This document shows, piece by piece, positions 17,805-27,451 of a DNA stretch of 64,000 nt. How positions within the stretch are numbered: the first letter of the stretch is position 1; every line of letters begins with the position of its first letter. The stretch is from Ruminococcus bromii (lineage in GTDB: Bacteria > Bacillota > Clostridia > Oscillospirales > Ruminococcaceae), in the NCBI GenBank assembly GCA_963590855.1, contig CAVAQT010000001.1:66364-130363 (forward strand), written 5' to 3'. The translations under genes were made by a program, and so were the position numbers. The notes under the pieces were generated by a model that did not search any database, was not told the origin of the DNA, and saw only the letters and a program-made list of their open reading frames with translations.

Positions 17805-20204
17805 TTATGCTTCACGCAGCACGGCATCCATGGCAGCCAGTGCTTTCAGCACACGCTTCATGGCTGCATCTGCCTGCTCGTCGGTCAGCGTACCCTCGTG
17901 AGAACGCAGCCGCAGCGAGAACGAAACGCTCTTCTTTCCGGCAGCGATCTGGTCGCCCTTGTATACGTCAAACAGATTCACTTCTTCCAGCAGCTTTCCG
18001 GCAGCCTGTTCGATAGCCTCTTCCATCTTGCCTACCGGCAGTGCATCATCGCACAGCAGGCTCAGGTCACGGGTGATCGCCGGGAACTTCGGCAGCGGAC
18101 GATAGGTCACTTCTGCCTCTGCCATCTCTGCCATTTCCTGTACCAGCAGCTTTGCCACATAGGTTCTCGTGCCGATGCCATAGGTTTTCTGCACGGTCGG
18201 GTGCAGTTCGCCCAGATAGCCGATGGGAGTCTCACCGCAGAGGATCACGGCGCTTCTGCCCGGATGGAGTGCACAGCATTCTGCAAAAGCACCCTCCGCC
18301 TCAGACGGGCGCACATAGGTGTATTTCGGCAGACGCAGTTCCTTCAGCAGCGCATCCACAGCGCCTTTCAGTGCAAAGAAATCTGCATCGCCGCCGTACA
18401 TGCCGATGGTCAGGCGGTTCGGCTCATCAGGCAGTGTATCCGGGCCGGTGGGCAGGTATTCCTTGCCGATCTCGTACAGTGCCACTGCGGCATTCCGGTT
18501 CTTATAGTTGGTTGCCAGTACATCCAGCATGCACGGCAGTGTAGTGGTGCGCATGATGCTGGTGTCCTCACCCAGCGGATTGGTAATAGTGATGGTCTTG
18601 CGCAGTTCGCTGTCTGCCGGGAGACCGATGCGGTCGAAGCACTTCGGCGAGGTGAAGGAATAGGTCAGTGTGCCATAATAGCCCAGACCCACCATGGTCT
18701 GTTCTGCCTTCCGCAGGAACTGCTGCTGCGGTGTCAGCTGTGCCTCAGCCACGCCGCGGATCACTGTAGACGGGATGTTGTTATAGCCATAGATACGGGC
18801 AACTTCTTCTGCGATATCCGCCGGACGCTCCAGGTCGATCCGGAAGCTGGGAGATACGCAGACATCGCCCTTGACCTGAATGTCCAGGGATTCCAGTGTC
18901 TTTACCATCTCGTCCCGGGAGATCTCTGTGCCCAGGAAGCGGTTGATCCAATCCGGGTCAAAGGGGATCTCTGCCGGCTTTGCGGTGCGGTTGTCCACTT
19001 CAATGAACTCCGCCACCGGTTCGCCTGCGCCCAGCAGTTCTACCAGTTCCATGGCGCGCTTCAGGGTGCGCTGGCAGCCGTCCGGATCCAGACCCTTTTC
19101 ATACCGTGCCGATGCATCGGTACGCATGCCCAGCTTCTTTGCGGTACGGCGCACCTGTACCGGCTCGAAGTATGCGGACTCGAAAATCACAGTATTGGTG
19201 TCGTCCATGATGCCGCTGTACTCGCCGCCCATAACGCCTGCAACAGCGATAGGCTTTTCTGCATCGGCGATGATGAGCATTTCCGGAGAAAGCTGACGTT
19301 CCTGACCGTCCAGTGTGGTGATGGTCTCGCCGTCCTTGGCGTTGCGGACAACGATCTTGCCGTCCTTGACATAGCGCTGGTCAAAAGCGTGCATGGGCTG
19401 GCCATATTCCAGCATCACATAGTTGGTGATATCCACCAGATTGTTGATGGGACGCACACCGCTGGCACGGAGACGCTCCCGCATCCAACGAGGAGACGGG
19501 CCGATCTTTACGTTCTTTACCATGCCGGCAATATAGCGCGGACAGAGCTGTGCATTTTCCACAGCCACAGACAGGCTGTCGCTCAGCTTCTCCCCGGAGC
19601 CGTGAAATTCCGGCGCTTTGACGTTCAGCGGCTTGCCGAATGTGACAGCAGCCTCTCTCGCCAGACCCACTACAGACAGGCAGTCCGGACGGTTGGAGGT
19701 GATCTCAAACTCCACAGAGGTGTCATTCAGTCCGATAGCCTCGTGAATATCCTGTCCCGGCTTGCAGTCCTCTTCGATGAGGAAAATGCCGTCCTCGATG
19801 GCATAGGGGAAGTCGTGCTTGGTCAGACCCAGTTCGCCCAGGGAGCAGAGCATGCCGTTGCTCTCTACGCCGCGGAGCTTGCCTTTTTTAATGTGTACAC
19901 CGCCGGGCAGATCTGCGCCGATCATTGCCACCGGCACCAGTGCGCCCTCCACAATGTTCTGTGCACCGGTCACGATCTGGATGAGTGCATCTCCGCCCAC
20001 GTCTACCTGGCAGACCTGGAGATGGTCGGAATTTTCATGGGGCGTAATGGAAACCAGCTTGCCGACGATCACATTCTTGACAGCCTCACCCTCGGTTTCA
20101 TATGTTTCTACTTTAGAGCCGCTCATGGTCATGCCGGCGCAAAATTCCTTGACGGAAACGCCGCAGTCTACATAATCAGCCAGCCATTTCATCGATAAAT
20201 TCAT
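17805..20204 (-). CDS. pheT: phenylalanine--tRNA ligase beta subunit
   Basis: 799 aa, begins MNLSMKWLADYV. tRNA-binding, B3/4, B5 and FDX-ACB regions. Follows pheS. Confidence 0.95.
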   Translation of the reverse strand: MNLSMKWLADYVDCGVSVKEFCAGMTMSGSKVETYETEGEAVKNVIVGKLVSITPHENSDHLQVCQVDVGGDALIQIVTGAQNIVEGALVPVAMIGADLPGGVHIKKGKLRGVESNGMLCSLGELGLTKHDFPYAIEDGIFLIEEDCKPGQDIHEAIGLNDTSVEFEITSNRPDCLSVVGLAREAAVTFGKPLNVKAPEFHGSGEKLSDSLSVAVENAQLCPRYIAGMVKNVKIGPSPRWMRERLRASGVRPINNLVDITNYVMLEYGQPMHAFDQRYVKDGKIVVRNAKDGETITTLDGQERQLSPEMLIIADAEKPIAVAGVMGGEYSGIMDDTNTVIFESAYFEPVQVRRTAKKLGMRTDASARYEKGLDPDGCQRTLKRAMELVELLGAGEPVAEFIEVDNRTAKPAEIPFDPDWINRFLGTEISRDEMVKTLESLDIQVKGDVCVSPSFRIDLERPADIAEEVARIYGYNNIPSTVIRGVAEAQLTPQQQFLRKAEQTMVGLGYYGTLTYSFTSPKCFDRIGLPADSELRKTITITNPLGEDTSIMRTTTLPCMLDVLATNYKNRNAAVALYEIGKEYLPTGPDTLPDEPNRLTIGMYGGDADFFALKGAVDALLKELRLPKYTYVRPSEAEGAFAECCALHPGRSAVILCGETPIGYLGELHPTVQKTYGIGTRTYVAKLLVQEMAEMAEAEVTYRPLPKFPAITRDLSLLCDDALPVGKMEEAIEQAAGKLLEEVNLFDVYKGDQIAAGKKSVSFSLRLRSHEGTLTDEQADAAMKRVLKALAAMDAVLREA

Positions 20205-20221
20205 CGTCTCTTACCTCCCAC

Positions 20222-21241
20222 TCAGAACTGTTCCAGGAATCGATAGTCGTTCTCATAGAGCAGACGCATATCGCCGATGTTATAGCGGCGCATTGCGATA
20301 CGCTCCAGACCCAGACCAAAGGCAAAGCCGGAGTATACGCTGCTGTCGATGCCGCAGCCCTCCAGAACCTTCGGGTGCACCATGCCTGCGCCCAGCAGTT
20401 CGATATAGCCTTCGCCCTTGCACATCCGGCAGCCCTTTCCGTGGCACTGGAAGCACATCACGTCAACCTCTGCGCTGGGTTCTGTGAACGGGAAGTGGTG
20501 GGGACGGAGACGGATCTTGCAGTCATCGCCGTACAGACGCTGCATCAGCAGTTCCAGTGTGCCCTTGAGGTCTGCCATGGTGATGCCCTTGTCTACCACC
20601 AGACCCTCGATCTGATGGAACAGCGGCGAGTGTGTGGCATCCACCGCATCCGAACGGTATACCCGTCCCGGAGAGATCACGCGGATCGGCGGCTTCTGGT
20701 TTTCCATGACATGCACCTGAACCGAAGAGGTCTGGGTACGCAGCAGAATGTTGTCTGTAATATAAAAGGTATCCTGAGTATCCCGCGCCGGGTGATCCGG
20801 CGGCAGGTTCAGCGCCTCAAAGTTGTAGTAGTCGTATTCCACTTCCGGGCCGTCTGCCACAGAAAAGCCCATGCCCAGGAAGATCTCGCGGATCTCGTTT
20901 TCCACGATGGTCAGCGGATGCATGCTGCCCACCTTCTGCTTCTTGCCGGGGAGCGTGATGTCCAGTGTCTCTGCTTCCAGCTTGTGCGCCAGCATGGCAT
21001 CTGCCAGCTTCTTCTGCTTTTCTGCCAGTGCATTTTCGATGTCCGCACGCACCTGGTTTGCCAGCTGACCCATTGCCGGGCGCTCTTCCGCAGAGAGCTT
21101 GCCCATCTGCTTGAGGATGCCGGTCAGTTCACCCTTTTTGCCCAGATACTGTACACGCAGATTTTCCAGCACCTTGGAATCCGCACAATCCGACAGCGCT
21201 TTTTTCGCAGCGAGGCGGATCGCTTCCAGTTGTTCTTTCAT
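20222..21241 (-). CDS. pheS: phenylalanine--tRNA ligase alpha subunit
   Basis: Class II aaRS core ([34 protein letters not shown]). Start trimmed to ATG 21241 behind GAGGAAAGGA. Confidence 0.95.
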   Translation of the reverse strand: MKEQLEAIRLAAKKALSDCADSKVLENLRVQYLGKKGELTGILKQMGKLSAEERPAMGQLANQVRADIENALAEKQKKLADAMLAHKLEAETLDITLPGKKQKVGSMHPLTIVENEIREIFLGMGFSVADGPEVEYDYYNFEALNLPPDHPARDTQDTFYITDNILLRTQTSSVQVHVMENQKPPIRVISPGRVYRSDAVDATHSPLFHQIEGLVVDKGITMADLKGTLELLMQRLYGDDCKIRLRPHHFPFTEPSAEVDVMCFQCHGKGCRMCKGEGYIELLGAGMVHPKVLEGCGIDSSVYSGFAFGLGLERIAMRRYNIGDMRLLYENDYRFLEQF

Positions 21242-21244
21242 AAT

Positions 21245-21560
21245 ATCGTTCCTTTCCTCCGCAGTCCTTGCGGTCATTTGGCTCTATGGGAAACACACAT
21301 ATCAAAAAAGCCCTGTCCTGCGAAAACAGGACAAGGCCAACGCTTGCTCAAACCACCCATTTTCAAAGAGCCATCACTCTTCTGCCCTTAATGCAGGCAC
21401 TACATCCAAGCCTAATTTTGGAAAATAATTTACAGGAGACCTGTGCTTTTTTCCAGGTTCAGCGCGGCCACTCAGAAGGGAACTTCGGTGTATCCCGCCG
21501 GACGGGCTCTCAGCAGTTCCCGTTCTCTGTACCGGCGGATCAGAGGGCAGTTTTTTTCCT
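21245..21560 (-). promoter_or_regulatory. T-box-like leader (Phe) with intrinsic terminator
   Basis: Minus strand shows an AGAGA bulge and CUGAGAG loop in a CCGCCGG/CCGGCGG-ACGGG/CCCGT stem, a UUC triplet in GAAGUUCCC, and AAAAUGGGUGGUUUGAGC (T-box core GGGUGGU). Terminator GCCTTGTCCTG-n6-CAGGACAGGGC plus T6 lies at 21337-21304. TTGGAA-18-TAGAAT promoter near 21574. Confidence 0.55.
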
Positions 21561-21702
21561 GCGGCGAAATTCTACCGCAATTTCCATATATTTTCCAAAC
21601 TGTCCGTGTCTCGAAATACACTTACTCGCTTCGTCGTCGTGTTTTCAATAGTTATTATACCTGCTTTGCCAAATAAAATCAAGTCTTTTTGAAAATTTTT
21701 TC

Positions 21703-21731
21703 TTGAAATTTTTTTAGAAGTATGGTATAAT
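21703..21731 (+). promoter_or_regulatory. promoter with extended -10
   Basis: TTGAAA-17 nt-TGg-TATAAT, about 165 nt upstream of ATG 21902. Confidence 0.55.
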
Positions 21732-21901
21732 AGAAGCTGGACATTGCAAAAGGCAAATTTCATTCAACGATTTTCCTTGTGATATGTGCAACATGCACAT
21801 TCAATGAAACCTCTGCCTTCCGGGGCAGTGTCCGGCAGAATGAAGACGGAACGGAGAGCACAATATTTTGCTTTTTCCCTTCCAAAAAGGAGCTTTACAA
21901 T

Positions 21902-22423
21902 ATGGACAATTTTGCGGAGTACATGGTGAAGAAACAGCCGGATTCTCGGGATAACGCCAAAAAAGCAGGCATCATCGCACTGGCAGTTCTGCTGAGTGCC
22001 GCTTCTGTATTTCTGGTTTTTATCACACACATCCCGTTTATCCTGATCATCACCTGTGCTGTCATTTACGGCGCATACTTTCTGCTCACGGGACTCTCGG
22101 TAGAGTATGAGTATGCTGTCACCAACGGCGAAATGGATGTGGACAAGATCATTGCCCGGCGCAAGCGCGTGCATCTCATTACCGTGGACGTAGGAAAATT
22201 CGATGCCTACGGTGCGCTGACGGACGACATCCCCGATGACGAGAACCGCACGATCGTGCTTTGTTCCGACAATACCGGGGACGGCGAATACTACGCCGAC
22301 CTGGAGACCGAGGACTACGGTGCGACCCGGATCATTTTCACGCCGAACGACGCAGTGGACGAAGCCATTACCGCTGCCCTGCCGCGTCAGCTGAGATTTC
22401 AGAACGGAGCGGCACAGAAATGA
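21902..22423 (+). CDS. membrane protein of unknown function (two TM helices plus acidic C-terminal domain)
   Basis: Start trimmed to ATG 21902 (AAGGAG upstream), MDNFAEYMVKKQP.... The longer track ORF begins inside the 5' UTR. Confidence 0.65.
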   Translation: MDNFAEYMVKKQPDSRDNAKKAGIIALAVLLSAASVFLVFITHIPFILIITCAVIYGAYFLLTGLSVEYEYAVTNGEMDVDKIIARRKRVHLITVDVGKFDAYGALTDDIPDDENRTIVLCSDNTGDGEYYADLETEDYGATRIIFTPNDAVDEAITAALPRQLRFQNGAAQK

Positions 22424-22707
22424 CGGCACTCCAGATCCGGTACATCCTGTGGGGACTCTGGGCAGCTGTGAATCTGCTCGCCTTTTGTCTCATGGGCATC
22501 GACAAGCACCGCGCCCGAAAGCATCTGTGGCGCATTCCGGAAAAGACGCTGTTTCTCGCTGCGATTCTGGGCGGCGGCATCGGCGGCACAGCCGGCATGT
22601 TTTATTTCCGCCACAAGACAAAGCACTGGTATTTCCGTATCTTTTTCCCGCTGCTGGCGATCTTGCAGCTGGCAGGACTGGGGTATCTGCTCCTGTCCAA
22701 CCGATGA
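22420..22707 (+). CDS. DUF1294-family membrane protein
   Basis: ATGA overlap with the preceding gene. GIDKHRARKHLWRIPEKTLFLAAILGGGIGGTAGMFYFRHKTKH matches my recollection of DUF1294. Confidence 0.75.
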   Translation: MTALQIRYILWGLWAAVNLLAFCLMGIDKHRARKHLWRIPEKTLFLAAILGGGIGGTAGMFYFRHKTKHWYFRIFFPLLAILQLAGLGYLLLSNR

Positions 22708-22766
22708 GGCGGTCTTTGAATGACCGCGGTTCCTTATTTTCCGAACCTGTTAGGAGGTTTTTTCTT

Positions 22767-24089
22767 ATGACTCACCCGATGATCCTGAAACTCGGTACAT
22801 TTCTCACTGCTGCTGCGCTGTGTGTATCCAGCCTGCCCTGCGGCATGGCGTTCGCAGAAGAAACAGCAGCAGCCAATACAAGCGACAGACAGACCGCCGA
22901 AGATCTGGTGCGCAGCGCAGAACGCGACGACTTCCTGATGTTGGGATTTGCCTGCATGGTTGAAGCCGCCAATGTGGGCGTAGGCAACGGCGCCAGCTTT
23001 TCAGATACCACATTGCAGCTGCTGGATCTGAACCAGTCCGGCAGCATCGACAGCGCAGACGCCAGCACCTTCCTCTACTGGTGTGCATATTACGGCGCGA
23101 GCGGTACATATCTGGACGAAAGCGCAGCATTCCTGGAACGCTGGGACGCTGCATTCGGCAGTGTCACTACCACCGCACCCGTTGAGACTACGCTGACCGA
23201 GACGACAGCAAACACCGAGACCACCACGACCGTCTCTGTCTCTGAGACCGAAGCGTCCAGCACGTCTGACATCATCCTCACCGCAGCCAACACCTCCACA
23301 GAGGCGACTGCATCGGAGACCACGGCGACTGCGGCAGAGACAACCACAGCGGAAAGCACCACAACAACTACAACTTCTGCTGCGACCACGACAACCACGA
23401 CGACAGCGGCAACTACCACAACGGTGACGACCACCACAAACCGCGGCGGCGCGTGGGCGCAGAAGGATTCCTACATGGGCGTCGATGTCTCCAAGTATCA
23501 GACCAACATCGACTGGAACGCCGTAAAGGCTTCGGGCATCGACTTCGGCATCATCCGCGCCGGATACGGCAAGGTTGCCAGCCAGAAAGACCCGTACTTT
23601 GAGCAGAACATGAAAAACGCCAAGGCTGCCGGCATCGCCTGCGGCACATATTGGTACAGCTATGCCAAGACTCCGGATGAGGCCAAGCAGGAGGCAGAGC
23701 TTTTCGCCAGCGTAATCAGCGGTTATACCTTCGAGTATCCGGTAGTCCTGGACATCGAAGACCCGTCTCAGGCGACACTCTCCAAGGAGCAGATCTCCGC
23801 GATCATCACCGCATTCTGTGATGTCATGGAGTCCAAGGGCTATTACGTCAGCCTTTACAGCTACGCAAGCTTCCTGAACGACAAGGTTTATCCGTCCGTC
23901 CTGGAAAACTACGACATCTGGGTAGCGCACACCGGTGTCAGCCGTCCGTCCTACACCAAGACAAGCTATGGCATGTGGCAGTATTCCCACAAGGGCTCTG
24001 TCAACGGCATCAGCGGCGAGGTAGACATGAACTACAGCTATAAGTGCTATCCCGATCTGATGACAAAGTACCATCTGAACGGCTTCTAA
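22767..24089 (+). CDS. secreted GH25 muramidase (lysozyme) with Thr-rich linker and N-terminal dockerin-like half-repeat
   Basis: Start trimmed to ATG 22767 (TAGGAGG upstream). Signal peptide. LDLNQSGSIDSADASTFLYW is an EF-hand-like segment. Poly-Thr linker. GH25 core MGVDVSKYQTNIDWNAVKASGIDFGIIRAGYG. Confidence 0.85.
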   Translation: MTHPMILKLGTFLTAAALCVSSLPCGMAFAEETAAANTSDRQTAEDLVRSAERDDFLMLGFACMVEAANVGVGNGASFSDTTLQLLDLNQSGSIDSADASTFLYWCAYYGASGTYLDESAAFLERWDAAFGSVTTTAPVETTLTETTANTETTTTVSVSETEASSTSDIILTAANTSTEATASETTATAAETTTAESTTTTTTSAATTTTTTTAATTTTVTTTTNRGGAWAQKDSYMGVDVSKYQTNIDWNAVKASGIDFGIIRAGYGKVASQKDPYFEQNMKNAKAAGIACGTYWYSYAKTPDEAKQEAELFASVISGYTFEYPVVLDIEDPSQATLSKEQISAIITAFCDVMESKGYYVSLYSYASFLNDKVYPSVLENYDIWVAHTGVSRPSYTKTSYGMWQYSHKGSVNGISGEVDMNYSYKCYPDLMTKYHLNGF

Positions 24090-24103
24090 ACAAAAGCAAA
24101 TAC

Positions 24104-24146
24104 AAAAAGGGCATCCTGCCAACACAGCAGGATGCCCTTTTTCTTT
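24104..24146. terminator. bidirectional terminator
   Basis: AAAGGGCATCCTGC-n7-GCAGGATGCCCTTT with flanking A-run and T-run, between the GH25 gene and sortase. Confidence 0.8.
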
Positions 24147-24156
24147 TGTATGCAGA

Positions 24157-24954
24157 TCAGTATTCTCCCAGACACTGTCCGAACAGCAGGCAGCGGATGC
24201 CGTCGTCTGCTCCGGAATTACAGGTCTGAAGCGCAATCATCTTATCCTCATAGGTGGGCGGATCGTCCTCCGGCGCATACCATACAAGCGCCGTGGAGCG
24301 CATCTGTTCCAGATACTTGTAGAACTCCGAGCGATTCAGCGTGATGCGGTTCCAGTAGTCGAACTCTGCGCCGTCCTCGCCGTTCAGCACAGAGGATGCC
24401 ACGATGCGGTAAAGATACCGCTTTTCCAGAGTCGCCACCTCAAAGTAGATGTGCTGTTTGCCCCAGGCCTCCTCTTTAAAGTTTTTGACGGCGTGGAACA
24501 TGGAGCCGTTGCCCATGTTGTGCCCATAGAGAAGCGTGTTCTCCGTCTCACCGATCTTGCCGCGAAAGTCCTCGAAGATGCTCCCAGCAGAGCTGTGATT
24601 GCCCTCCCAGTCGCGGTCGATGTAGTAGGCGTTGTCGTCCTTCTGCACAATGGGGTAATCAATGGGCGTATCATTCACATAGACCCAGCCCACAACATCC
24701 GGATTCTTCTCGTGATGCTGCTTGACCTTTTCCATGTCGATGTGCATGGTGTAGTCATAGCTGGTCGTTGTGGTCGTGGTCACCGTTGTGGTCGTCGTGG
24801 TTGTCGTCGTTGTGGTGAGAATCGGTATCGCGTCCGGCGCAGAGACTTTATCCGCGCGGTTCACGACGATCACCACCGCGACGATCACCGCCAGTAGCGC
24901 GATCCCCAGACCGATCAGAAACTTGTCCAGACGTTTCAGCTTTTTCAGTGCCAA
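24157..24954 (-). CDS. srtB: class B sortase
   Basis: 265 aa. TLLYGHNMGNG (His) and IALQTCNSG (TLxTC-type Cys) motifs. N-terminal TM followed by a ~20-residue poly-Thr stalk. TTG start. TTGACA-17-TATACT promoter upstream. Confidence 0.82.
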   Translation of the reverse strand: MALKKLKRLDKFLIGLGIALLAVIVAVVIVVNRADKVSAPDAIPILTTTTTTTTTTTVTTTTTTSYDYTMHIDMEKVKQHHEKNPDVVGWVYVNDTPIDYPIVQKDDNAYYIDRDWEGNHSSAGSIFEDFRGKIGETENTLLYGHNMGNGSMFHAVKNFKEEAWGKQHIYFEVATLEKRYLYRIVASSVLNGEDGAEFDYWNRITLNRSEFYKYLEQMRSTALVWYAPEDDPPTYEDKMIALQTCNSGADDGIRCLLFGQCLGEY

Positions 24955-25088
24955 TGGATATACCCCCAGGTTACGCAGTTATTTCCGCCGCAGGACTGCG
25001 GACAGATTCCAGTAATAAGTATACCGTTTTTCTGCGGGCTTGTCAAGAGAAATCTTTCTCCGTGCACGCAAATCCTGATGGGCGGAAA

Positions 25089-25132
25089 CCCCTCTGTCAC
25101 TTCGTGACATCTCCCCTTTCAGGGGAGACTTC
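25089..25132. repeat. double-hairpin interspersed repeat (family also at 62311 and, inverted, 56635)
   Basis: CCCCTCT-GTCAC-ttc-GTGAC-ATC-TCCCCT-ttc-AGGGGA, 45 nt downstream of the LRR gene stop. Confidence 0.7.
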
Positions 25133-25176
25133 TTTCTATTTCAGAAAATGGATCTGCGTATTCTCCGTAGACTCTG

Positions 25177-27378
25177 TTACTTCCCCAGAATTGCATCCCA
25201 GGAGGGTTCCATGCCGGCGCCGTCCTGGGCGATATAGGTGAGGAGGTATGCAGCATCCTTCGAGTTGACCTCGCCGTCGCCGTCAATATCGGCTGCCGCA
25301 AGCTGATCCTCGGTGAATGTGGTGTCCATGCCCACTGCGCTGCGTGCGATAAAGGTCAGAATCTGTGCAACGTCGGTGGCGTTGAGGGTGTCGTTGCCGT
25401 CGATGTCGCCCTGCGCCAGTGCCGGTGCAGGTTCTGTTGTGGTTGTGGTTTCGGTGGTAGTTGTTGTCGTGGTGGTTGTGGTGGCAGTAGTCGTTTCTGT
25501 AGTGGTCTCGGTAGTGGCTTCTGTGGTGGTGGTAGTCTCAGTCGGTGTGGTGGTCGGTGTGGTCGCAGTGGTTTCTGTGGTCGTTGTGGTGGTCTCTGCG
25601 GTGGTGGATTCTGTTGTGGTAGTCGTCGTTGCGGTCGTTTCCTCGGTAGTTGTGGTCGTGGTCGGCTCCGGCATAGGTTCGTTAGGATCCCAGTTGTAGT
25701 GGATGTTCGCATCTAAAAGCGCATCGTTTGAACCGTCTATTTCCATTGCCGCCCAGTCCTCTTCCGAACCGGTGTAGTAAGCATCACTCAGACCCTTACA
25801 GCCACTAAATGCGCCATAGCCGATGGATTCCAGATTTTTGAAGATCAGGACGCTGTGCATGCTGGAGCACTTCAAAAGGGTATAGCTGTCCAGAGATGTC
25901 ACGTCCTCCGGGATCACAATGGACTGCAAAGAAGAGCAGCCAGAGAAAGCTTCATCGCCCAATTTCGTCAGGTTCGACGGCATTACGACTTTTTCCAGGC
26001 TGGAGCAGCCGTCAAAAATATGACTGCCCATTTCCGTCACGCCATCGGGAATCGTCACCTGCTTCAAGCTGGAGCAGCCATAAAAAGTATATCCGCCCAG
26101 GGACATGAGTTCACTTGACAATGTAACCGATTCCAGGGAAGAGCATTCGTAAAAAGCATGATCCCCCAAAGCAAACACACTGTCCGGAACCACGATCTGT
26201 TTCAGACCAGTACAGGATGCGAACGCATAGTCTGCAATGGTAACAACAGAATCCGGGATCACAATTTCGGACAACTGTTCGCAGTCATAAAACACCTGAT
26301 TTGCGATCTCAATCAAGCCCTCCGGCAATGTGATCTCTTTTAATGCTTTACAACCATAAAAGGCTTCGCTTCCGATTTTGGTTATTTTGGTGGGCATTGT
26401 CACTTTTTCCAGACTGGTACAAGCTTCAAAAGTGTACACCGGCAATTCCGAAATCGAAACGCCCTCTGAAAATGCCACAGAGGTCAGACCAGAACAGCCG
26501 CAAAATACGGCATTTCCCATGCTGTTTAAATTGCCGGGGAGTGTTATCGCTGTCAGCGCTGTACAATATAAAAATGCCCAGCTCTCCAAAGTTGTCAAGC
26601 TGTCAGGAAGCGTAATTTCCTTTAATGCGGAACATCTATCGAACGCCATCTCATCAATTTTTTCCAAGCTATTGGACAGGGTGACTTGTTCCAGCGCGGT
26701 GCAGTCTACAAAGGCTTCTTGCCCGATGGTGGTTACCGAGTCCGGAATCTCCAGAGCGGTCATTGCGGTACAGCCCTGAAATGTAAATTTTCCTATAGCG
26801 GTCAAATTTTTGGACAGTGTCACCTGCTTCAAACGCGAGCAGTTGTAAAATATCTCACTGCCCATGGAGGTAACAGAATCCGGGATCACGATCTCTGTCA
26901 AATTGACACAGCCGCCAAATGCTGCGTTCGGGATCTCCGTTAAACCGTTGGAAAGCTTGACATTCTTCAATTCAGAGCATCCATTAAATACAGAATACTC
27001 CATTGTTTTTACACTGTCTGCCATAGTCACGCTTCGCAGGTGCTCACAATCGTTAAAGGCCATCTTGCCGATGTAGGTCACACTATCCGGTATTGTCACC
27101 TTCAGCAGCTTGGTATTATATTGAAACGCATAATCGTCAATTTGTGTTACCGGCTTTCCGTCGATCTCTGCCGGAATGGTGAGTACGGTCGTATCATCGG
27201 CGCACCCCGTGATTCTCACCTCGGTGCCGTCATTGAACAGACTATAGCTCAGTCCGTCTGCGGTTTCTGCGCTCGCTGTAATGGACATCTGCGGCAGACT
27301 CACCTGCATCACCGGCAAAGCCCCGGCACACAACACCCCTGCTGTCAAAACAGCTAAAAATTTCTTCATTTTCCTCAT
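25177..27378 (-). CDS. secreted BspA-type leucine-rich-repeat protein with C-terminal type I dockerin
   Basis: 733 aa with signal peptide. More than 15 repeats of about 23-25 aa (IPDSVTxIGxxAFxxCxxL). Long Thr/Glu linker. Duplicated Ca-binding segments GDIDGNDTLNATDVAQILTFIA and ADIDGDGEVNSKDAAYLLTYIA. Confidence 0.85.
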   Translation of the reverse strand: MRKMKKFLAVLTAGVLCAGALPVMQVSLPQMSITASAETADGLSYSLFNDGTEVRITGCADDTTVLTIPAEIDGKPVTQIDDYAFQYNTKLLKVTIPDSVTYIGKMAFNDCEHLRSVTMADSVKTMEYSVFNGCSELKNVKLSNGLTEIPNAAFGGCVNLTEIVIPDSVTSMGSEIFYNCSRLKQVTLSKNLTAIGKFTFQGCTAMTALEIPDSVTTIGQEAFVDCTALEQVTLSNSLEKIDEMAFDRCSALKEITLPDSLTTLESWAFLYCTALTAITLPGNLNSMGNAVFCGCSGLTSVAFSEGVSISELPVYTFEACTSLEKVTMPTKITKIGSEAFYGCKALKEITLPEGLIEIANQVFYDCEQLSEIVIPDSVVTIADYAFASCTGLKQIVVPDSVFALGDHAFYECSSLESVTLSSELMSLGGYTFYGCSSLKQVTIPDGVTEMGSHIFDGCSSLEKVVMPSNLTKLGDEAFSGCSSLQSIVIPEDVTSLDSYTLLKCSSMHSVLIFKNLESIGYGAFSGCKGLSDAYYTGSEEDWAAMEIDGSNDALLDANIHYNWDPNEPMPEPTTTTTTEETTATTTTTTESTTAETTTTTTETTATTPTTTPTETTTTTEATTETTTETTTATTTTTTTTTTETTTTTEPAPALAQGDIDGNDTLNATDVAQILTFIARSAVGMDTTFTEDQLAAADIDGDGEVNSKDAAYLLTYIAQDGAGMEPSWDAILGK

Positions 27379-27451
27379 TACAATAAACTCCCTTCACAAT
27401 TTTTCCATTGCGCAAAAGCACAACTTTCCATGATATATTGTAACATTGTCC

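Noticed and set aside
21764-22429. A 221-aa minus-strand ORF opposite the 21902-22423 gene.
   Set aside because: The plus-strand frame has a promoter, an RBS, two clean TM helices and ATGA coupling to the DUF1294 gene. The minus-strand frame has none of these.
23170-25670. Thr-codon-rich DNA (ACC/ACG/ACA/ACT runs) as satellite repeats or mobile DNA.
   Set aside because: The runs are in frame within four secreted or membrane proteins and encode poly-Thr linkers. They are not independent DNA elements.
25177-27378. A cellulosome locus.
   Set aside because: Dockerins are present, but no cohesin/scaffoldin or glycoside hydrolases of cellulosomal type appear in the window. It is treated only as a dockerin-bearing surface protein.
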